NCBI GenBank assembly: GCA_002189035.1
Contig: NEEC01000013.1
Location: 1,240,001-1,304,000, forward strand
Length of the DNA: 64,000 bases
Reading direction: 5' to 3'
From: Utricularia gibba
Lineage: Eukaryota > Plantae > Magnoliophyta
Shown piece after piece: positions 38,800 through 52,454 of this stretch. Every line of letters starts with the position of its first letter. Within the stretch, counting starts at the first letter, position 1. A program made the position numbers and the translations under genes. The notes beneath the pieces are model-generated. The model ran no database searches. It saw only the letters and a list, made by a program, of their open reading frames with translations, and had not been told where the DNA came from.

Positions 38800-39010
38800 T
38801 ACAAGACTGACGTAGCTTCCTAGCTTCATGTGTACCGAGTGTCCTCGCAAGGGCAAGTCACATAAGCATTGATAATGAAGGTGTAAAACCTTGACGACAT
38901 TGCTCGAGAGAGGACAAAATACTGATTGTTTTCTTTTCTGGTGGGAAGGCAGAAGCGCGTTCAGACGAGTCATCGAATCAACATTCTATGCATGCATTTG
39001 ATACAAATAA
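38800..39010 (-). pseudogene. 5' end and promoter remnant of the subtilase relic, unit 3
   Basis: Matches 13270-13480 (gtagcttcc..gcttc.tgtgtacc; gcattga.aatgaag.tgtaaaacc; gaaggc.gaag.gcgttcagacgag). Confidence 0.7.
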
Positions 39011-39033
39011 GACCAATATTTCATACTGTTTAC

Positions 39034-39208
39034 TGTTGAAATTCAGGATCCGATGAATTGGACGAACGCACACATGAAATCCAAGTACACAATAAATATG
39101 AATCATAATAGAAAAAATTAGGTACAACTGATTACTAGTAATCCATAATTTACTATATACTTGATTATTCCATTTTCATTTTTCAATGTGAAATTATGTA
39201 TTCTAATA
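39034..39208. mobile_element. 175-bp insertion with LTR-type ends and a 5-bp TSD; probable solo LTR
   Basis: TGTTGAAA...TTCTAATA flanked by TTTAC at 39029-39033 and 39209-39213. The paralogous empty site in unit 1 has a single TTTAC (ctatttacaacaatacc, about 13491-13507). Confidence 0.75.
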
Positions 39209-40274
39209 TTTACAACAATACCACTGCACCTTATTAATCCTCTTATTTAATAATCAATAATAACCACAATACAACCCATGAGTATTTTCTGAATCATTTA
39301 AATAAAAAGTCAATATGATAATATAAATATATTTTTAATGTATATATATACATTAAATAATATAATTTTTAATTAATCTTTTCTTTATAAGGTTAATCAC
39401 TAATAATTTATAAATTTAATTATATAATCTGAATGTATTTTATTATAATAAAAAATAATAAAATATGTAATAAAAATATTGTTGGGACCGTAAGCTAGGA
39501 CTCGGAAGCCACCTCGGTGACGTTACCCTAACACCATTAGCTGTAATGTGCCATGAAATATTTTAAAAACACGTCGAACATTTAGTAATGAATTTGAATT
39601 AAAATATTTTTATAATAAATTGAATCGTATTTAATAATTTTAATTATATTTTAAAAACATTTATAAAAAGAAATATTATTATTTAAATAAGCTGAATTTG
39701 TTCTTCAATTTAGATATAAATTTAAATTAATCCGGATATACTCCTAGATTGATCTCATAATTTTAAAACACTGATAGACTCTTTTATAGTTTTTATCACA
39801 TGGGTGCCAAAAATCTCAAGGAGTAAAAATGTAGTAGTAAAAAATCTAATACACCTAAAACTGATCTTCACTCTTTGATCATCTAGTCAATATCTGTGTT
39901 TATAATACTGAAATATAGGTATTTTGTATAGGGGATTATGAAGTATAGGTTTAGGTTCTCTTTTACTATGTTTATTAAAAAAATTTTGAAAAACTGAAAG
40001 TTAGTTCTTTATATTTTATAAAAATAAAAATATTTTTCAGATTTCTATTATTTTTAAAATAAAATTTGTTCGTATTTAATAAAACTTTGTATTCACATTC
40101 TTCAATTTATTTGGATTTAAATGTAAAGTTTCATTCTTTATTGAACATGAGTGTGATATCATATCACTTATTGGGTATAAGCCCAAGTTTGGAATGCATA
40201 CACACAGATTCAAGGAATCTCTGGGTAGCATTCGCGAAACCCTAAGGCTTCATTGTGTTTGTGTTGTGCGGAGA

Positions 40275-42597
40275 TTAGGCGATGGTGAAGGCGACGGGGC
40301 TGCGGACGGTCTGTGTGAGGCACTTCCAGGTGATGGAACCGAAAGCGGAACTGGGAAGATTCGTGCCGCTGACCTTGAAGGTAGCTGTATACTGACGCTT
40401 CTCGCCCTTGAAGAAGAACTTCAATGTATCTGGGATCACAGTAACGGTGATGAAGGAGGGCACCTCCACTTCGACCCGGTAGGTGAACACTCCGATTTCG
40501 ACATTGGTCAAGGTTCTTGTGTAGGAAACTTCCCGGGATGGGTTGAATATGACTGAGAAGGAAGGGTAGTTGAACTGTCCTGGATCGACGAGTCTAGGGA
40601 TGTTAGCGCAAGGATTGCTCTTCTGTGCGATGGCGGCGACCTGGTTGTCGGAGTAGCCCAACGAGCATATGAAGGCTAGGTAGTCGCGGGGGGTGGCATC
40701 GTACACGAGACCTGGACGGGCTGCTTTCTCCGGTTGGATATGCCCTGCTCCGATGGCGTAAGGCGTTGCTAGGCCTGAATTAGTAGCTGCGTCTTGAATG
40801 GGCGAGTTGGTGTTGTCGAGGGTGTACGCCGTTGTTATCAACGCTGATCGTATGGCGCTCGGGCTCCAGTCTGGATGAATGGCGGTGAGCAGGGCGGAGA
40901 CGCCGCTTACATGGGGACAAGACATGGATGTTCCTGATGATGAATCCCATCGTTAGAAACAGAGATAGAAAGTGAGTAACATTGAGTTTTCACTGCTTAC
41001 CGGAGATAATGTTGTACGCCGTGATACGGCTATCCGATGGCAAATCCGATGGACCGACGGCCTCTGTCCATGCTGCCAAGATATTAACCCCTGGCGCGGT
41101 GATGTCAGGCTTTAAGATCTGTGGTGTCACGGTATTCGGCCCCCTTGAGCTGAATCCTGCCACCACCGGCGCCGGCTTCACATTCAGAGCAGTTCCGCCG
41201 AAGCTCAACACCGCCGTTGGATTCGATGTTCCCGCATATTGCTTTATTGCACTACCTTCCAGCTCTCCAACGCTCACTCCTGGCAGCACGTAAGGATAGC
41301 CTTCCACAACCCGCCCTGTACCCGGATTGTTTGCTACAATAACACCAACACCGCCGGCTCGTTTCACTTCATTCGCCTTTTGACCCGGTGAAATGTTGCC
41401 AGCATTACAGACCACTAGCTTTCCTCCGACGGTGGTAGGGTTCAATGATCCACTCTCACAAAATTGAGATGTTCCTGTAGGATAGACTAATCCGACAAGC
41501 TGATTCCCCATCCCCGGTCCAGTGTACAGAGAAATTCCGGTATAAACTGCCCCATTTCCGAGCTTCACGGTCGCTGGAAACGTTCTATCAATGGTGCTAG
41601 CAGCCACGGTTGTGATCCATGGCGCGCTATTTGAAACTGACCCGGGGGAAGAACCCGAGTTTCCGGCCGAACAAACCACCGTAATCCCCAGTTGATTTGC
41701 TTGGAAAGCAGCGATTGCGGTCGGGTCACTGTAATAGGGTTGGGGGCCGCTGCCAATAGACAAGGAAAAAACGTCGACGCCGTCGGTTATAGCGGCGTTC
41801 ATGGCGGCGATTATGTCAGCTGAGCTGCATCCTTGCTCGAAGCAAACCTTGTACACTGCAATCCTTGCACGGGTAGCCATCCCACGAGCGGTTCCATTGG
41901 CTAGTCCAAAGAAACTAGCTTCGGGCACATATGCTCCCGCCGCCGTGCTCGATGTATGCGTCCCGTGTCCATCATAGTCTCGAGGGCTATGACGCACTGT
42001 CGTCCGATGGTCCGCCTCGTACCCTTTATAGAAAACTCGAGCTCCAATCAGTTTCTTGTTGCAGTTCTTTTTCGGATCGAAATCATTCGCCTTTTCGCAC
42101 AGGCCCCGCCACCGTAAAGGGACTGGTAGCATCCCGGCATCGCTGAAGGATTTGGATTCCGGCCAGACGCCGGAGTCGATGACCCCGATGATCACATTCT
42201 GTGACTTAAGGTGGATCTCGATCTCACTTTCTCCACCCCAAAAACCAAGCTCCCCTTCAAGCCCAAGAAACGCAGGAGTTCTCGTGGTTTGCAGCTGGTA
42301 CATAATGTTCTCGTACACACCTAGAACCGCATCTGAGCGACGCAGCGCATCCAATTCCTCAGGCGTCACCACGGCAGCGTAGCCATGAAACACAGTGTCG
42401 TAAGTGTAGAGAATGGCGCCCCCGTCGGAGGAAGTCACAGAGGTCAAATGATGGACGTACCAATCAGCAGCAGAGGCGTAGCTTGCAGGCTTCATGTAGT
42501 CTTTCATGTGTACCAAGTAGGTTTTCTTGGCAGAGCAAGCGACCAGAGCATTGAGCACAATGCCTATGACGACGAAGACGTAAACCCTAGACGCCAT
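40275..42597 (-). CDS. Subtilisin-like serine protease, copy 3; intact, 751 aa, 2 exons
   Basis: Exons 42597-41001 and 40933-40275 total 2256 nt, an open frame. All catalytic motifs are present; 67-bp intron. Confidence 0.95.
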
Positions 42598-43413
42598 GGA
42601 TGAAGAAAGGAGGAAGATGCCGTGCTTCCCAGGGGTTCGACGCACAGGCCCTTTTATGCATGCTGCTCACACAAATAAGCCTCATATTTCAAGCTATTCA
42701 CAGGAATGCCACCAGCCGACCATGAATTAATTATCTATTTTATTATTATTTTTAAAATGATATTCATATTTAATTATTGGAGCTTCAGCCAAGCAATACT
42801 ACAGTGCAAATATATTCAGCATCAAGGGATATGTTCATCAATCTGTCCATCTTCCCGGTCACATGAATGGGATCATTTCGATTTTACGATTATTCGATCA
42901 ATTGTTTTTACTAGTTTCGATTTGAAACTATTATTTACTCGTATTTTTTGAATTATGAATCAAATTAAACTCATTGTAAGAATGTATGAAAAATAAAATA
43001 ATTATTTGATTTTAATCATTTTAAATTTCAAATATTTTATAAAATATATTGAATTAAACCCCGAAAATCATATATTTGAATTGAATCTGGTTAGTTTTAA
43101 AATACCGTTATTAGGATTCAAAATTTTCATCTTCTTACAATCACGTAGAAGATAATGTTGAGATGGGCAACTATGACTTATAAGATGGGCAATAATAAAA
43201 AAAGAAATAAGCGTGGGATGTTATAGATTTGATTAATGTTTGAATTCTACAAACAATAAAATTTTAGAAAGTCTCAACCTACACGAGAGGGATTATAATT
43301 TTATAATGATACGGGGTTTCACAATAATATTTTCTTTTCATTTTAATAATGGTATAAAATAAATGTTTTATCCATAGGAGCCATCTAAATAATAATTATT
43401 TTATTAGTCAACG

Positions 43414-43484
43414 GCGTTTGTAGTCCGACCTTTAGGATAATTGCCTTCCAAGCAGTAGACCCTGGTTCGACTCCGGCAAACGCA
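43414..43484 (+). pseudogene. Degenerate tRNA-Gly(TCC) copy
   Basis: Paralog of 17862-17933. The D-loop AACGGT is changed to GACCTT, losing the conserved GG. The T-stem reads CCTGG/CCGG, one base short. No clean oligo-T follows directly. Confidence 0.85.
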
Positions 43485-45166
43485 GCCGTTGTTTTCTAAT
43501 AAATTAAACGCAAATCCAATTTTTTGTTTATTCTAAATTTCAAAGAAGACTATAAGTGTATTTAAATCATAATATTATCTTTTTTATTTTAAATACATTA
43601 TAATTAATTAATAATTGGTTTATGTTCATGACACTAATATTTTATTAATAAAGTTTTTACAATTTCTCTATCAATATTCTCCTTTTTAAGACAGAACAAC
43701 ATGTGCGATTGATCCTTCTATAACCTCAACCACAACGTGGAAGCTGCTTGCTTTAACAAGCTCAGAGGTATGTTCGGACAACTTAATGGCTTCTATGGGG
43801 AATACCCTTCTTGCCCCTGCAAGTGCAGAACATGGAAACTTTGTATCAAGTATAAATTATAATAAAAATAAGAAAGGTTATATGACAGTATAATTTTATT
43901 TTTTTATTATTTTATCTTATATTCAGGATAATTTATCTCATCAATCAAATATTCTATTTTTTTTATTTAATCATTTCTTTTATACTCTTTACCAAATACA
44001 ATCTAAATATATCAATCAATCCAGACAGTAGGAGAACAACGCATTATGATCACCAACGGCTTTATACAAATTGTGCTTCAGCAGCACGTTCTTTGCTTGC
44101 ACAGACATCACTCGTCTCCATTCATTATCACCAATCGATTTACCGTAACAACAATGAGTAGGCGAAAAGCCTCAGAGATGGCAGAACAAAGGTTTGCCGT
44201 AGCAAGAAAGAGATACACACAGCTGTAAAGATAAACACGAATAAGAAAAAGAGAAACTTCAAAGCCCAAACACATTCTTAGAGTCTACTTGGTAGCCAAT
44301 GCATGGACCCCCTGGCGGGCGTGCAGCCAATTAGGGTTGCAGCCGGTCCCAAATTGAACGGTTTTTTAGAATCATTGGTTCATAAACCTGTGTTTCACTA
44401 TTCACTTCGATTTCGATTTTAAAGATTAATTTCTAAACTGTTATGAATGCTTGTACAACATGTCATTTTTTAAAAGATTTTTAAGACTCTCATAATGCTT
44501 GTTAAGAATATTTAAAAACGATCTTGAAGATAGATAGTGTTTTTTAAGCAATCACATAAGTTATTGAATATGTGTAGAAACATCATTTTTGTAAATGTTT
44601 TTTTAAAATTTTCTTAACAATTATACCTGAAATCATATAAAAACAAATACAATAATTCATTGATTTCGAATCGTCAGTTCTGCACAAATCGGAATCACAG
44701 TTTTTTGATTCCAAATATCTATCAAAACCAAAACTATACAGATATTCAAATTCCAAAACGGTTCCGGTTCCAACCGATTACAAATTTATTGGCAATGCCC
44801 ATTGCTTAAGCCTTCAACTTCAGCTGCAAGCCACGGTAGCAAACATGGAAAACTACGCAGAAACCAGTCGTGAGATGGCATCGTTTCATATTGTTGGATA
44901 CTGAACATCAGTTGGTATGTCAAATTTTAAGGACAGGCAGAGCATCTTGTTGATGATTTGGAAACTTCACTTTACAGTTCACGTCACCCGTGCGATTCAA
45001 GGCAGTTGACCGGAACCAACAGTCAGTTCTAGGGGCAATTTGAAACACAGAATACAAAATTCAAACACGGTAGAGATTAGAGTTCCAGTCAGGGAAGGGG
45101 CTGCTCACCCCAGTGCTCTGAAGCAAACCAGGGTCAGAAAGCAACAGCATCATTTGGATATGTTTT

Positions 45167-46483
45167 TCAAGAGTATATGTAGAATGACAAACTCTTGTCA
45201 TCAGAAACACTGGCAAGCAAGCATGATCTCACATCTGTCTTCAACGGGGGTCCAAAGGCGACTGCCCATACCTGGGCGGTGTGGCTGGTCATGATCTGGG
45301 AAGCTGCTCTCATTTTCAGATCCCAGATTCTAACACTATTGTCGCTTGAACCGGTTGCAACCGCAGCCCCATCAGGTGAAGCATCGACACTCAGCACCCA
45401 ACTAGAGTGACCAGACAAAGATGTGATCAAGGTCTTCCTCTCAGAGTCATGGATTTGCACAGTAGTGTCGTCTGAGGCAGAGAATAGGACCCTCGAGTCA
45501 AGAGGTGAGTAGACAATGCTTCGAACTGGAGAGGTATGACCTTCCAAGTTGTGCATGAACTTGGCACGAGCCACATCAAAAACGGAGATGGTACCATCCA
45601 TCAAGCCACAAGAGATTTGTCTCCCATCAGGGCTCCACGCCACTGAAAGGGCAAACCTCTTGCTCCTAACTTTCTCAGATGGTTTTGAAGCTTCGGGAAC
45701 TTCCAAGGTATCTATTAATTTCCATTCAGCGGTATCCCACAGCTTCACAGAACCACTACCACCTCCAGCGGCAGCCAATATCGTACCCTGTGTCACAAAA
45801 TGAAGCATTACGCGCATATTTCAGTGAGGGTACTGGAAATTCAGCTAACTCCAAGAATTATAGATAGAAGGCCAAAACGGGATGACTTATTACACGATCC
45901 AGGAGTTGATCAACATTCATACCACATAAGAATAAGCAGTTTTCAGGAATCAGCATCCAACAACTCCATATATGTTAATAATAGAGTCTGTTCTTCTACC
46001 TAATGAACATAACGCACTTAACCCAGTTCGATAAAAAGCCCCATCAACACGAAACCGACCAAGAAGTCTACATTCAAAGCTTTTGCGCAGGTATCTAACA
46101 AACTATAAATAATTTTCCAGAAACTCGCCTAAACCAGTCGATACCTGCGGGTTGAAACGTAGCTGCCAAACTTCCGAAGGAGGAGCCTCAAGGGTAGCAA
46201 CTGTATTGTTGGTGGCAATATCAAAGACCCTTACGAAGCTGTCAATGGAGGCGGACGCTGCGATTCTCCCAGACGGATGCGCCGCCACGGAAACGACGCC
46301 GAGGCAGTGACCAGTGTTCGTGCGCAGGTTCTGTGGGCCTTCGGGATTCCACAACTTCACCGTCTCATCAAGCGAGCCAGTCAACAGCAGCGGAGGCGAT
46401 TCTTCCGTCGCCGGCACCCACGCTGCCGTCCATAGGGAATCTTCGTGTGCGTTCTGGACGCTGTCTAGTGGCGATAGCTTCAT
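45167..46483 (-). CDS. VIP3: WD40 protein VIP3/SKI8/WDR61 (PAF1 and SKI complexes), 2 exons, 319 aa
   Basis: MKLSPLDSVQNAHEDSLWTAAW...LLTGSLDETVKLW, GHCLGVVSVAAHPSG, GHSSWVLSVDASPDG. Exons 46483-46145 and 45787-45167. Confidence 0.93.
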
Positions 46484-47459
46484 TGTACAATGTATAAACC
46501 CTAGCTCTGCGGACTGCGGAGCGAGGGAACAAGGCAAGTGCCAGAGCGACGACTTGGGGAGATTCTGCAATTTTCAGACGTTTTGGGGTTCACTTTGGAT
46601 ATTATTTTTAGGAGAAAATTGGAATAACACTAACTTAATTTTCACTCGATATAAATATTTTAAATCCTAATTTTTAAAATTAAAAATATATATTTTAAAT
46701 TATCAAAACTGTTTAACGCTAAATAATTTTTCAAAAAATTTTAAAAAATGAACCCATCAACATCATCAACCGTCTCTAGTTTCAATAAACTTTAATTTTT
46801 GGTATTCATGTTTTAAGTCAGATAAATTGAATAATATATTTATTAAGATTATATCGTATTTGTATTTCATATGATTCTAAGTGATGATCGTTATATCATA
46901 CTCATATCTTACATAATTTAAAATGATTAAGTTTATATCACGTCTTATATGATACGCTATTTTAATGATATTGAGATTAAAATCGATTAATGTTGGTAAT
47001 ATAATAGATTTAATATATAATTTTATACATTTAAGAGTAAATTATTTATAAAAAATAAATTGATAAATTTATAATATAATTTTGAAATTTAAAGATTAAA
47101 TTTTTTATAATAATTTCAAATTAAATTCACACAAACTTCATCCTTATTTTTAGATGTCAGTATTCTGTCTTTTTTCTACTCGTCTGTGTATGGGAAAATA
47201 TCTTTTGTGAGTGAGGAGGCTCTAAAGCTTGGCCCCAGCTGCAGCTGCTATGGATAATGCCATATTTGGGCATGGATTCGCCATCTTTATGTCATCATAC
47301 TGAAATTTGGTGGGGTTCTTGTATCCCCACTGGAGAATCATTCTATCGATGATGGGCGGACTGCGGAGCATGGTGAGTCACAATCACCGCTCTGAGTGGT
47401 TTCATTATTTTTTTTGTTCTCTTTTTTATAAGCCTCGAGAACTTGAATTTGACCTAGTT

Positions 47460-48737
47460 ATGGATGATCATCAGGAGAGTGTGTTGGAGAACGGGTGCGA
47501 TCATGTGAGAGCGGAAGCGGAGTCGGTGGACATATACCCACTCGACTGCTACTATTTTGGATTCAGGGCCCAGGTGCCCTTCAGAGATGAAACTGTGGCC
47601 GATCGTATCATGCGAATGAGAGCCAAGTTCGTGTTTTTATCATCAGTTTTGCGATTTAGTTTGATTGGGTGTTCTGCGGTTTTTTTTTTTTGAATGTTTG
47701 CTTTGGTTGGCCATCTTCAGTTATGATGCGTATGGGATGAGGAAGTGCGTAGCTGCGGTGATGTTGGTTGGTTTCCTGATTGCCCTGATTCATTTTATTA
47801 CGTCTATGTGCAGTTTTGTTCCGATTGTTCTTCAGGCCATTTGTTTACTATTCATGATTGAAGCTTTTTAGTAAAAAAAAAACCAGAGTCCTTAGCTTAC
47901 TGTGTGGTTCTTTTGGTTTGGCGTTTTACTCTCTACTTGCACAAACCTTACACTGTTTCCTTTCCTAGTAAAACTCCAAACAAGAGATGTATGTTTTCAG
48001 GTGGAATTGTTCAATCATCCGCATATCCTGTTGCTGCAAATTCGCAACTCCATAATTAAACTTCCTGGTGGTCGCTTACGCCCAGGTGAATCAGGTAATA
48101 AGCAGCCACTCTATATCTTTCTTGATGATCTAGAACTGCTGTTTATTTGATGGTTTCCTCAGATGACGCCTGCTTAAAACGCAAACTCTCAAGCAAGTTA
48201 TCTAATCCTGAAGACAACTCTGAGTGGGAGGTTTGTAGATTCATATATGCTCAAAAGAATCTTTTGATTCGTTTAGTTTCCTTCACTCTGATGCTCTTAG
48301 TCTCCAGGTTGGGGAATGTCTTGGGGTCTGGTGGAAACCTGACTTTGAATCTGTATTGTATCCTCATTTGCCTCCAAATGTGAAGAGACCTGTTGTAATT
48401 TCCGCGCTCCCTCAAGCTATGAACTTCGGTTTTAGTCCTTTCAACTTATTACATGCTCTGTCGTTTCAGGAGCGGACCAAACTGTATCTTGTCAAGCTGC
48501 CACAGAGCCGGAGGTTCATCGTTCCGAAGACCCACCGTCTTCTGGCTGTTCCCCTGTGCCGACTCCATGACAATGAGGAGGTGAATAGCTAACATGATCC
48601 AGCACAATCAAACAACATGAAGCTAGATTTTGCCTAATTCCAGATTTTATCCTTTTCAGACTTATGGCTCTGTCATATCCGGCATTCCACAGCTGCTTTC
48701 CAAGTTCTCCTTCAACTTCATCCACCCGGAAGTGTAA
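47460..48737 (+). CDS. Pre-mRNA cleavage factor Im 25 kDa subunit (Nudix-like, CFIS1-type)
   Basis: Exons give VDIYPLDCYYFG, YDAYGMRKCVAAVML, HPHILLLQIRNSIIKLPGGRLRPGES, VGECLGVWWKPDFE, LLAVPLCRLHDNEE and TYGSVISGIPQLLSKFSFN. Confidence 0.9.
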
Positions 48738-49081
48738 TGGTGCTATCTATCTCACAACGTTGTCAGCATCGATATCTAGATTTGCAAGGATGCCGGATAA
48801 CGAAGAGGATAACATCTGAGTAGTGAGTAATGGACAGAGTAGAGTTTGCTTGTGGATAATCAAATAATTACGAGTGAAGTTCTCCTGGTTGGTGTCTGTT
48901 GATTATAGTTTTTATCCAGGCACAGTGATGCAAAACCCCTGCTGTGGGCTTTCAGTGCGGAATATAAAACTTTTTGTATGTAGGATGCCGAACGCTACAG
49001 AATAATATAATCTACACAACTGGAACAAGCAGCAGGTTCTCAAAAGTATGAAAACTGATCATCAAGTGTGCTTCTGGTATG

Positions 49082-52007
<2,926 letters not shown>

Positions 52008-52454
52008 CACACAAATCAATGAATAGTGCTTTTCCCGTGTCTGTTAACTGCACACTTTGATTTGCTCCGCGTGGAAAGCAAACTTTTGGATCGGAAATAC
52101 GCATTACACCCTTACCATGTTTAGAAACGCAGGGCTTCTGGGGCTGTCCACACTCCCAATGGAAAATATATATGAGATTATAATGTCAAGGATATTCGAA
52201 AATTACAACTAAGTTGATCATTGCCTGCGCCATTCAAGCTTCTTCTTTGAAGCCGCCGGCGGACAAACTCAGCGGTCAAATCCATGAATTACTGCGACTG
52301 CCATATCTAAAAGAGGGCAAATACCCCACGAATCCTTGTGGAAAGCTTTCTTTCTTCAGACAAGGAATTTGATTACAGTAACGTAAGGTGGGGAAAGAAC
52401 GAATTTTGAGAGTACACATGAAAATCTAAGAAGTATACAAAGGTACAAGGCAAT

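Larger units (their letters stand above)
11710..45307. repeat. Three-unit tandem segmental amplification bounded by the G-gamma last exon and the VIP3 last exon
   Basis: The same succession repeats three times: subtilase relic, AT-rich spacer, subtilase, upstream region with or without tRNA-Gly, VIP3 3' region. Junction AGCT(G/A)C at 31958-31963 matches both G-gamma 11710-11715 and VIP3 45302-45307. Confidence 0.85.
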
